From Malacoraja senta (Eukaryota), in assembly GCA_038087875.1 (NCBI GenBank), contig JAXLNO010000201.1, positions 62,001-93,948 on the forward strand: DNA of 31,948 bases, read 5' to 3'. The position numbers were made by a program, and so were the translations under genes. A model generated the notes under the pieces. It saw nothing but the letters and a program-made list of their open reading frames with translations, searched no databases and had not been told where the DNA came from. This document shows, piece after piece, positions 1-11,860 of this stretch. Every line of letters begins with the position of its first letter. The stretch's first letter is position 1.

Positions 1-650
1 CTGGCGACGTTGCCGGAGATGCGGCGACCTTGCCTGAAATGTGGCGACCTTGCCGGATTTGTGGCGACCTTGCCGGAAATATGGCGACCTTGCCGGAAAT
101 GTGGCGACCTTGCCGGATTTGTGGCGACCTTGCCGGATTTATGGCGTCCTTGCCGGAAATGTGGTGACCTTGCCGGATTTGTGGCGACCTTGCCGGATTT
201 ATGGCGACCTTGTGGGATTTGTGGCGACCTTGCCGGATTTATGGCGACCTTGCCGGCAATGTGGCGACCTAGCCGGACTTGTGGCGACGCTGCCGGATTC
301 ATGGCGACCTTGCCGGAAATGTGGTGACCTTGCCGGATTTGTGGCGAGGATGCCGGATTTATGGCGACCTTGCCGGAATGTTGCGACCTTGCTGGATTTG
401 TGACGACCTTGCCGAATTTATGCATACCTTGATTGAAATGTGGCGACCTTGCCGGGTTTGTCGCCACCTTACCGGATTTGTGGCGATCTTACCGGATTTA
501 TGGCGACCTTGCCGGGAATATGGCGACATTCCCGGATTTGTGGCGACCTTGCCGGAAATGTGGCGACATTGCCGGATTTGTGGCGACCTTGCCGGATTTT
601 TGGCGTCCTTGCCGGAAATGTGGCGACCTTGCCGGGTTTATGGCGACCTT

Positions 651-1150
651 GTCGGATTTGAGACGACCTTGCCGGATTTATGGCGACGTTGCCGGAAATG
701 CGGCGACCTTGCCTGAAATGTGGCGACCTTGACGGATTTATGGCGACCTTGCCGGATTTATGGCGACCTTGCCGGGGATGTGGCGACCTTGCCGTATTTG
801 TGGGGACCTTGCAGGATTTATGGCCACCTTGCCGCAAATGTGGTGACCTTGCCGGATTTGTGGCGACCTTGCCGGATTTATGGAGACCTTGTGGGATTTG
901 TGGCGACCTTGCCGGATTTATGGCGACTTTGTCGGCAATGTGGCGACCTAGCTGGACTTGTGGCGACCTTGCCGGATTCATGGCGACCTTGCCGGAAATG
1001 TGGTGACCTTGCCGGATTTATGGCGACGATGCCGGATTTATGGCGACCTTGCCGGAATGTTGCGACCTTGCTGGATTTGTGGCGACCTTTCCGAATTTAT
1101 GGCTACCTTGATTGAAATGTGGCGACCTTGCCGGATTTGTCGCCACCTTG
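651..1150 (+). repeat. Higher-order cassette A (about 25 ordered variant monomers; representative copy)
   Basis: Fixed order of variants: gtcggatttgagacg, gacgttg..aaatgcgg, gcctgaaat, gacgg, ggggatgt, gccgtattt, gcagg, gccgcaaatgtggtg, gtggg, ggcaatg..cctag..gactt, ggattcat, gtggtg, gacgatg, 19-bp ggaatgttgcg..gctgg, gaatttatggctaccttgattgaaat, gtcgccac. Largely complete copies recur near 2490, 3845, 11720, 13010, 14110, 23650, 27800 and 30610, with many partial copies. Confidence 0.85.
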
Positions 1151-1476
1151 CCGGATTTGTGGCGACCTTGCCGGATTTATGGCGACCTTGGCGGAAATAT
1201 GGCGACCTTGCCGGATTTGTGGCGACCTTGCCGGAAATATGGCGACCTTGCCGGATTTATGGCGACGTTGCCGGAAATGCGGCGACCTTGCCTGAAATGT
1301 GGGGAACTTGACGGATTTGTGGCGACCTTGCCGGATTTATGGCGACCTTGCGGGAATGTTGCGACCTTGCTGGATTTGTGGCGACCTTGCCGAATTTATG
1401 GCTACCTTGATTGAAATGTGGCGACCTTGCCGGATTTGTCGCCACCTTGCCGGATTTGTGGCGACCTTGCCGGATT

Positions 1477-1800
1477 TTTGGCGAACTTGACGGATTTATG
1501 GCGACCATGCCGGAAATATGGCTACCTTGCCGGATTTGTGACGACGTTGCCGGATTCATGGCGACCTTGCCGGAAATATGGCGACCTTGTCGGATTTGTG
1601 ACGACCTTGGCCGATTTGTTGCGACCTTGCCGGAAATCTAGCGACCTTGCCGGATTTGTGGCGACCTTGCCGGATTTATGGCGACCTTGCCGGGAATATG
1701 GCGACCTTGCCGCATTCGTGGCGACCTTGCCGGGTTTATGGCGACCTTGCCAGAAATATGCCGACCTTGCCGCATTTGTGCCAACTTTGCCTGATTTATG
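1477..1800 (+). repeat. Higher-order cassette B (about 16 ordered variant monomers; representative copy)
   Basis: Order ttttggcgaacttgacgg, aaatatggctacc, ggattcat, gtcgg..gacgaccttggccgatttgttgcg, gggaatat, gccgcattcgt, gggttt, gccagaaatatgccg, gcatttgtgcc..tttgcctga. Recurs whole or in part near 4510, 8841, 9900, 10351, 11410, 13790, 14890, 16010 and 21500. Confidence 0.8.
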
Positions 1801-4800
1801 GCGACCTTGCCGGATTTATGGCGACCTTGCCGGCAAAATAGCGACCTAGCCGGACTTGGGGCGACCTTGCCGGATTCATGGCGACCTTGCCGGAAATGTG
1901 GTGACCTTGCCGGATTTATGGCGACGATGCCGGATTTATGGCGACCTTGCCGGAATGTTGCTACCTTGCTGGATTTGTGGCGACCTTGCCGAATTTATGG
2001 CTACCTTGCCGGGAATGTGGCGACATTCCCGGATTTGTGGCGACCTTGCCGGAAATGTGGCGACATTGCCGGATTTGTGGCGACCTTGCCGGATTTTTGG
2101 CGTCCTTGCCGGAAATGTGGCGACCTTGCCGGGTTTATGGCGACCTTGTCGGATTTGAGACGACCTTGCCGGATTTATGGCGACTTTGTCGGCAATGTGG
2201 CGACCTAGCTGGACTTGTGGCGACCTTGCCGGATTCATGGCGACCTTGCCGGAAATGTGGTGACCTTGCCGGATTTATGGCGACGATGCCGGATTTATGG
2301 CGACCATGCCGGAATTTTGCGACCTTGCTGGATTTGTGGCGACCTTTCCGAATTTATGGCTACCTTGATTGAAATGTGGCGACCTTGCCGGATTTGTCGC
2401 CACCTTGCCGGATTTGTGGCGACCTTGCCGGATTTATGGCGACCTTGCCGGAAATATGGCGACCTTGCCGGATTTATGGCGACCTTGTCGGATTTGAGAC
2501 GACCTTGCCGGATTTATGGCGACGTTGCCGAAAATGCGGCGACCTTGCCTGAAATGTGGCGACCTTGATGGATTTGTGGCGACCTTGCCGGATTTACGGC
2601 GACCTTGCCGGGGATGTGGCGACCTTGCCGTATTTGTGGCGACTTTGCAGAATTTATGGCGACCTTGCCGCAAATGTGGTGACCTTGCCGGATTTGTGGC
2701 GACCTTGCCGGATTTATGGCGACCTTGTGGGATTTGTGGCGGCCTTGCCGGATTTATGGCGACCTTGCCGGCATTGTGGCGACCTAGCCGGACTTGTGGC
2801 GACCCTGCCTGATTCATGGCGACCTTGCCGGAAATGTGGTGACCTTGCCGGATTTGTGGCGAGGATGCGGGATTTATGGCGACCTTGCCGGAATGTTGCG
2901 ACCTTGCTGGATTTGTGGCGACCTTGCCGAATTTATAGCTACATTGATTGAAATGTGGCGACCTTGCCGGATTTGTCCCCACCTTGCCGGATTTGTGGCG
3001 ACCTTGCCGGATTTATGGCGACCTTGCCGGAAATATGGCGACCTTGCCGGATTTGTGACGACCTTGCAGGAAATATGGCGACCTTGCCGGAAATGTGCCG
3101 TCCTTGCCGGATTTGTGGCGACCTTGCCGGACTTATGGCGTCCTTGCCGGAGATGTGGCGACCTTGCCGGATTTATGGCGACCTTGTCGGATTTGAGACG
3201 ACCTTGCCGGATTTCTGGCGACGTTGCCGGAGATGCGGCGACCTTGCCTGAAATGTGGCGACCTTGCCGGATTTGTGGCGACCTTGCCGGAAATATGGCG
3301 ACCTTGCCGGAAATGTGGCGACCTTGCCGGATTTGTGGCGACCTTGCCGGATTTATGGCGTCCTTGCCGGAAATGTGGTGACCTTGCCGGATTTGTGGCG
3401 TCCTTGCCGGATTTATGGCGACCTTGTGGGATTTGTGGCGACCTTGCCGGATTTATGGCGACCTTGCCGGCAATGTGGCGACATTCCCGGATTTGTGGCG
3501 ACCTTGCCGGAAATGTGGTGACCTTGCCGGATTTGTGGCGAGGATGCCGGATTTATGGCGACCTTGCCGGAATGTTGCGACCTTGCTGGATTTGTGACGA
3601 CCTTGCCGAATTTATGCATACCTTGATTGAAATGTGGCGACCTTGCCGGATTTGTCGCCACCTTGCCGGATTTGTGGCGATCTTACCGGATTTATGGCGA
3701 CCTTGCCGGTAATATGGCGACATTCCCGGATTTGTGGCGACCTTGCCGGAAATGTGGCGACATTGCCGTATTTGTGGCGACCTTGCCGGATTTTTGGCGT
3801 CCTTGCCGGAAATGTGGCGACCTTGCCGGGTTTATGGCGACCTTGTCGGATTTGAGACGACCTTGCCGGATTTATGGCGACGTTGCCGGAAATGCGGCGA
3901 CCTTGCCTGAAATGTGGCGACCTTGACGGATTTATGGCGACCTTGCCGGATTTATGGCGACCTTGCCGGGGATGTGGCGACCTTGCCGTATTTGTGGCGA
4001 CCTTGCAGGATTTATGGCGATCTTGCCGCAAATGTGGTGACCTTGCCGGATTTGTGGCGACCTTGCCGGATTTATGGAGACCTTGTGGGATTTGTGGCGA
4101 CCTTGCCGGATTTATGGCGACTTTGTCGGCAATGTGGCGACCTAGCTGGACTTGTGGCGACCTTGCCGGATTCATGGCGACCTTGCCGGAAATGTGGTGA
4201 CCTTGCCGGATTTATGGCGACGATGCCGGATTTATGGCGACCTTGCCGGAATGTTGCGACCTTGCTGGATTTGTGGCGACCTTTCCGAATTTATGGCTAC
4301 CTTGATTGAAATGTGGCGACCTTGCCGGATTTGTCGCCACCTTGCCGGATTTGTGGCGACCTTGCCGGATTTATGGCGACCTTGCCGGAAATATGGCGAC
4401 CTTGCCGGATTTGTGGCGACCTTGCCGGAAATATGGCGACCTTGCCGGATTTATGGCGACGTTGCCGGAAATGCGGCGACCTTGCCTGAAATGTGGGGAA
4501 CTTGACGGATTTGTGACGACCTTGGCCGATTTGTTGCGACCTTGCCGGAAATGTTGCGACCTTGCCGGATTTGTGGCGACCTTGCCGGATTTATGGCGAC
4601 CTTGCCGGGAATATGGCGACCTTGCCGCATTCGTGGCGACCTTGCCGGGTTTATGGCGACCTTGCCAGAAATATGCCGACCTTGCCGCATTTGTGCCAAC
4701 TTTGCCTGATTTATGGCGACCTTGCCGGATTTATGGCGACCTTGCCGGCAAAATAGCGACCTAGCCGGACTTGGGGCGACCTTGCCGGATTCATGGCGAC

Positions 4801-5799
4801 CTTGCCGGAAATGTGGTGACCTTGCCGGATTTATGGCGACGATGCCGGATTTATGGCGACCTTGCCGGAATGTTGTTACCTTGCTGGATTTGTGGCGACC
4901 TTGCCGAATTTATGGCTACCTTGATTGAAATGTGGCGACCTTGCCGGATTTGTCGCCACCTTGCCGGATTTGTCGCCACCTTGCCGGATTTGTGGCGACC
5001 TTGCCGGATTTGTGGCGACCTTGTCGGATTTATGGCGCCCTTGCCGGAAATGTGGCGAGCTTGCCGGATTTATGGCGACCATGTCGGATTTGTGACGACC
5101 TTGCCGGATTAATGGCGACGTTGCCGGAAATGCGGCGACCTTGCCTGAAATGTGGCGAACTTGACGGATTTGTGGCGACCTTGCCGGAATTATGGCGACC
5201 TTGCCGGGGATGTGGCGACCTTGCCGTATTTGTGGCGACCTTGCGGAATTTATGGCGTCCTTGCCGGAAATGTGGCGACCTTGCCGGATTTGTGGCGACC
5301 TTGCCGGATTTATGACGTCCTTGCCGGAAATGTGGCGACCTTGCCGGATTTATGGCGACCTTGTCGTATTTGTGACCACCTAGCCGGATTTATGGCGACG
5401 TTGCCGGAAATGCGGCGACCTTCCCTGAAATGTGGCGACCTTGACGGATTTGTGGCGACCTTGCCGGATTTATGGCGACCTTGCCGGGGATGTGGCGACC
5501 TTGCCGTATTTGTGGCGACCTTGCAGGATTTATGGCAACGTTGCCGCAAATGTGGCGACCTTGCCGGATTTGTGGCGACCTTGCCGGATTTATGGCGATC
5601 TTGCCGGAAATATGGCTACCTTGCCGGATTTGTGGCGACCTTGCCGGATTCATGGCGACCTTGCCGGAAATGTGGTGACCTTGCCGGATTTGTGGCGACG
5701 ATGCCGGATTTATGGCGACCTTGCCGGAATGTTGCGACCTTGCCGGATTTGTGGCGACCTTGCCTGATCTATGGCGACCTTCCCGGAAATGTGGCGACC

Positions 5800-8150
5800 T
5801 TGCCGGATTTGACGCGACCTTGCCGAATTTATGGCTACCTTGTTTGAAATGTGGCGACCTTGCCGGATTTGACGCCACCTTGCCGGATTTGTGGCGACCT
5901 TGCCGGATTTATGGTGACCTGGCCGGAAATCTGGCGACCTTGCCGGATTTGTGGCGACCTTGCCGGATTTATGGCGACCTTGCCGTATTTGTGGCGACCT
6001 TGCAGGATTTATGGCGACCTTGCCGCAAAGGTGGTGACCTTGCCGGATTTGTGGCGACCTTGCCGGATTTATGGAGACCTTGTGGGATTTGTGGCGACCT
6101 TGCCGGATTTATGGCGACCTTGCCGGCAATGTGGCGACCTAGCCGGACTTGTGGCGACCTTGCCGGATTCATGGCGACCTTGCCGGAAATGTGGTGACCT
6201 TGCCGGATTTATGGCGACGATGCCGGATTTATGGCGACCTTGCTGGAATGTTGCGACCTTGCTGGATTTGTGGCGACCTTTCCGAATTTATGGCTACCTT
6301 GATTGAAATGTGGCGACCTTGCCGGATTTGTCGCCACCTTGCCGGATTTATGGCGACCTTGCCCGATTTATGGCGACCTTGCAGGAAATATGGCGACCTT
6401 GCCGGATTTGTGGCGACCTTACCGGAAATATGGCGACCTTGCCGGAAATGTGGCGACCTTGCCGGATTTGTGGCGACCTTGCCTGATTTATGGCGTCCTT
6501 GCCGGAAATATGGCGACCTTGCCGGATTTATGGCCACCTTGTTGGATTTATGACGACGTTGCCGGAAATGCGGCGACCTTGCCTGAAATGTGGGGAACTT
6601 GACGGATTTGTGGCGACCTTGCCGGGTTTATGGCGACCTTGCGGGAATGTTGCGACCTTGCTGGATTTGTGGCGACCTTGCCGAATTTATGGCTACCTTG
6701 ATTGAAATGTGGCGACCTTGCCGGATTTGTCGCCACCTTACCGGATTTGTGGCGACCTTGCCGGATTTATGGAGACCTTGTGGGATTTGTGGCGACCTTG
6801 CCGGATTTATGGCGACTTTGCCGGCAATGTGGCGACCTAGCCGGACTTGTGGCGACCTTGCCGGATTCATGGCGACCTTGCCGGAAATGTGGTGACCTTG
6901 CGGGATTTCTGGCGACGATGCCGGATTTATGGCGACCTTGCCGGAATGTTGCGACCTGGCTGGATTTGACGCGACCTTGCCGAATTTATGGCTACCTTGT
7001 TTGAAATGTGGCGACCTTGCCGGATTTGACGCCACCTTGCCGGATTTGTGGCGACCTTGCCGGATTTATGGCGACCTTGCCGGAAATATGGCGAGCTTGC
7101 CGGATTTGTGGCGACCTTGCCGAAAATATGACGACCTTGCCGGAAATGTGGCGGCCTTGCCGGATTTGTGGCGACCTTGCCGGATTTATTGCGTCCTTGC
7201 CGGAAATATGGCGACCTTGCCGGATTTGACGCGACCTTGCCGAATTTATGGCTACCTTGTTTGAAATGTGGCGACCTTGCCGGATTTGACGCCACCTTGC
7301 CGGATTTGTGGCGACCTTGCCGGATTTATGGTGACCTTGCCGGAAATATGGCGACCTTGCCGGATTTGTGGCGACCTTGCCGGATTTATGGCGACCTTGC
7401 CGGGGATGTGGCGACCTTGCCGTATTTGTGGCGACCTTGCAGGATTTATGGCGACCTTGCCGCAAAGGTGGTGACCTTGCCGGATTTGTGGCGACCTTGC
7501 CGGATTTATGGAGACCTTGTGGGATTTGTGGCGACCTTGCCGGATTTATGGCGACCTTGCCGGCAATGTGGCGACCTAGCCGGACTTGTGGCGACCTTGC
7601 CGGATTCATGGCGACCTTGCCGGAAATGTGGTGACCTTGCCGGATTTATGGCGACGATGCCGGATTTATGGCGACCTTGCCGGAATGTTGCGACCTTGCT
7701 GGATTTGTGGCGACCTTTCCGAATTTATGGCTACCTTGATTGAAATGTGGCGACCTTGCTGGATTTGTCGCCACCTTGCCGGATTTGTGGCGACCTTGCC
7801 GGATTTATGGCGACCTTGCAGGAAATATGGCGACCTTGCCGGATTTGTGGCGACCTTGACGGAAATATGGCGACCTTGCCGGAAATGTGGCGACCTTGCC
7901 GGATTTGTGGCGACCTTGCCGGATTATGGCGTCCTTGCCGGAAATATGGCGACCTTGTTGGATTTATGACGACCTTGCCGGATTTATGGCGACGTTGCCG
8001 GAAATGCGGCGACCTTGCCTGAAATGTGGGGAACTTGACGGATTGTGGCGACCTTGCCGGATTTATGGCGACCTTGCGGGAATGTTGCGACCATGCTGGA
8101 TTTGTGGCGACCTTGCCGAATTTTGGCTACCTTGATTGAAATGTGGCGAC
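5800..8150 (+). repeat. Duplicated block: about 5800-6730 repeated at about 7220-8150 (offset 1417-1437), with an extra partial copy 260 bp upstream of the second
   Basis: Private variant run atttgacgcgacc..ccttgtttgaaat..atttgacgccacc at about 5807, 6964 and 7224; gcaaaggtggtg at 6025 and 7462; ORF starts 6149/7586. Confidence 0.8.
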
Positions 8151-8840
8151 CTTGCCGGATTTGTCGCCACCTTGCTGGATTTGTGGCGACATTGCCGGAT
8201 TTATGGCGACCTTGCCGGAAATATGGCGACCTTGCCGGATTCATGGCGACCTTGCCGGAAATATAGCGACCTTGCCGGAAATGTGGCGACCTTGCCGGAT
8301 TTGTGGCGACCTTGCCGGATTTATTGCGTCCTTGCCGGAAATATGGCGACCTTGCCGGATTTATGGCGACCTTGCCGGAAATATGGCGACCTTGCCGGAA
8401 ATGTGGCGACCTTGCCGGATTTGTGGCGACCTTGCCGGATTTATTGCGTCCTTGCCGGAAATATGGCGACCTTGCCGGATTTATGGCGACCTTGTCGGAT
8501 TTGTGACGACCTTGCCGGATTTATGGCGACGTTGCCGGAAAAGCGGCGACCTTGCCTGAAATGTGGGGAACTTGACGGATTTGTGGCGACCTTGCCGGAT
8601 TTATGGCGACCTTGCGGGAATGTTGCGACCTTGCTGGATTTGTGGCGACCTTGCCGAATTTATGGCTACTTTGATTGAAATGTGGCGACCTTGCCGGATT
8701 TGTCGCCACCTTGCCGGATTTGTGGCGACCTTGTAGGATATATGGCGACCTTGCCGGAAATATGGCGACCTTGACGGAAATATGGCGACATTGCCGGATT
8801 TGTGGCGACCTTCCCGGAAATATGGCGACCTTCCCTTGAT

Positions 8841-11800
8841 TTTTGGCGAACTTGACGGATTTATGGCGACCTTGCCGGAAATATGGCTACCTTGCCGGAT
8901 TTGTGGCGACTTTGCCGGATTCATGGCGACCTTGCCGGAAATATGGCGACCTTGTCGGATTTGTGACGACCTTGGCCGATTTGTTGCGACCTTGCCGGAA
9001 ATGTTGCGACCTTGCCGGATTTGTGGCGACCTTGCCGGATTTATGGCGACCTTGCCGGGAATATGGCGACCTTGCCGCATTCGTGGCGACCTTGCCGGGT
9101 TTATGGCGACCTTGCCAGAAATATGCCGACCTTGCCGCATTTGTGCCGACTTTGCCTGATTTATGGCGACCTTGCCGGATTTATGGCTACCTTGATTGAA
9201 ATGTGGCGACCTTGCCTGATTTGTCGCCACCTTGCCGGATTTGTCGCCACCTTGCCGGATTTGTGGCGACCTTGCTGGATTTATGGCGACCTTGCCGGAA
9301 ATATGGCGACCTTGCCGGATTTGTGGCGACCTTGCCGGAAATATGGCGACCTTGCCGGAAATGTGGCGACCTTGCCGGATTTGTGGCGACCTTGCCGGAT
9401 TTATGGCGCCCTTGCCGGAAATGTGGCGACCTTGCCGGATTTATGGCGACCTTGTCGGATTTGTGACGACCTTGCCGGATTCATGGCGACGTTGCCGGAA
9501 ATGCGGCGACCTTGCCTGAAATGTGGCGAACTTGCCGGATTTGTGGCGACCTTGCCGGATTTATTGCGTCCTTGCCGGAAATATGGCGACCTTGCCGGAT
9601 TTATGGCGACCTTGTCGGATTTGTGACGACCTTGCCGGATTTATGGCGACGTTGCCGGATTTATGGCGCCCTTGCGGGAATGTTGCGAACTTGCTGGATT
9701 TGTGGCGACCTTGCCGAATTTATGGCTACCTTGATTGAAATGTGGCGACCTTGCCGGATTTGTCGCCACCTTGCCGGATTTGTGGCGACCTTGTCTGATT
9801 TATGGCGACCTTGCCGGAAATATGGCGACCTTGCCGGAAATATGGCGACATTGCCGGATTTGTTACGACCTTCCCGGAAATATGGCGACCTTCCCGGATT
9901 TTTGGCGAACTTAACGGATTTATGGCGACCTTGCCGGAAATATGGCTACCTTGCCGGATTTGTGGCGACTTTGCCGGATCAATGGCGACCTTGCCGGAAA
10001 TATGGCGACCTTGTCGGATTTGTGACGACCTTGGCCGATTTGTTGCGACCTTGCCGGAAATGTTGTGACCTTGCCGGATTTGTGGCGACCTTGCCGGATT
10101 TATGGCGACCTTGCCGGGAATATGGCGACCTTGCCGCATTCGTGGCGACCTTCCCGGGTTTATGGCGACCTTGCCAGAAATATGCCGACCTTGCCGCATT
10201 TGTGCCGACTTTGAGACGACCTTGCCGGATTTATGGCGACGTTGCCGGAAATGCGGCGACCTTGCCTAAAATGTGGCGACCTTGATGGATTTGTGGCGAC
10301 CTTGCCGGATTTACGGCGACCTTGCCGGGGATGTGGCGACCTTGCCGTATTTTTGGCGAACTTGACGGATTTATGGCGACCTTGCCGGAAATATGGCTAC
10401 CTTGCCGGATTTGTGGCGACTTTGCCGGATTCATGGCGACCTTGCCGGAAATATGGCGACCTTGTCGGATTTGTGACGACCTTGGCCGATTTGTTGCGAC
10501 CTTGCCGGAAATGTTGCGACCTTGCCGGATTTGTGGCGACCTTGCCGGATTTATGGCGACCTTGCCGGGAATATGGCGACCTTGCCGCATTCGTGGCGAC
10601 CTTGCCGGGTTTATGGCGACCTTGCCAGAAATATGCCGACCTTGCCGCATTTGTGCCGACTTTGCCTGATTTATGGCGACCTTGCCGGATTTATGGCTAC
10701 CTTGATTGAAATGTGGCGACCTTGCCTGATTTGTCGCCACCTTGCCGGATTTGTCGCCACCTTGCCGGATTTGTGGCGACCTTGCTGGATTTATGGCGAC
10801 ATTGCCGGAAATATGGCGACCTTGCCGGATTTGTGGCGACCTTGCCGGAAATATGGCGACCTTGCCGGAAATGTGGCGACCTTGCCGGATTTGTGGCGAC
10901 CTTGCCGGATTTATGGCGCCCTTGCCGGAAATGTGGCGACCTTGCCGGATTTATGGCGACCTTGTCGGATTTGTGACGACCTTGCCGGATTCATGGCGAC
11001 GTTGCCGGAAATGCGGCGACCTTGCCTGAAATGTGGCGAACTTGCCGGATTTGTGGCGACCTTGCCGGATTTATTGCGTCCTTGCCGGAAATATGGCGAC
11101 CTTGCCGGATTTATGGCGACCTTGTCGGATTTGTGACGACCTTGCCGGATTTATGGCGACGTTGCCGGATTTATGGCGCCCTTGCGGGAATGTTGCGAAC
11201 TTGCTGGATTTGTGGCGACCTTGCCGAATTTATGGCTACCTTGATTGAAATGTGGCGACCTTGCCGGATTTGTCGCCACCTTGCCGGATTTGTGGCGACC
11301 TTGTCGGATTTATGGCGACCTTGCCGGAAATATGGCGACCTTGCCGGAAATATGGCGACATTGCCGGATTTGTTACGACCTTCCCGGAAATATGGCGACC
11401 TTCCCGGATTTTTGGCGAACTTAACGGATTTATGGCGACCTTGCCGGAAATATGGCTACCTTGCCGGATTTGTGGCGACTTTGCCGGATTCATGGCGACC
11501 TTGCCGGAAATATGGCGACCTTGTCGGATTTGTGACGACCTTGGCCGATTTGTTGCGACCTTGCCGGAAATGTTGCGACCTTGCCGGATTTGTGGCGACC
11601 TTGCCGGATTTATGGCGACCTTGCCGGGAATATGGCGACCTTGCCGCATTCGTGGCGACCTTCCCGGGTTTATGGCGACCTTGCCAGAAATATGCCGACC
11701 TTGCCGCATTTGTGCCGACTTTGAGACGACCTTGCCGGATTTATGGCGACGTTGCCGGAAATGCGGCGACCTTGCCTGAAATGTGGCGACCTTGATGGAT

Positions 11801-11860
11801 TTGTGGCGACCTTGCCGGATTTACGGCGACCTTGCCGGGGATGTGGCGACCTTGCCGTAT
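8841..11860 (+). repeat. Tandem duplication, 2 x 1510 bp (8841-10350; 10351-11860)
   Basis: Both copies start ttttggcgaacttgacgg and end cttgccgtat. ORF pairs 9012/10522, 9203/10713, 9512/11022 and 10233/11743 all have offset 1510. Both carry the same 11-bp half-monomer junction. Only a handful of substitutions were seen by eye. Confidence 0.93.

Larger units (their letters stand above)
1..4512 (+). repeat. Duplicated block: about 1-1320 repeated at about 3215-4512 (offset 3194, or 3214 at the left end); third copy at about 12361-13550 (offset 12360)
   Basis: Rare markers tgcataccttgattg at 421/3615/12781 and tggcgatcttaccgg at 481/3675/12841. ORF-track starts show the same offsets (433/3627/12793; 680/3874/13040; 958/4152/13318). 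Confidence 0.9.
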
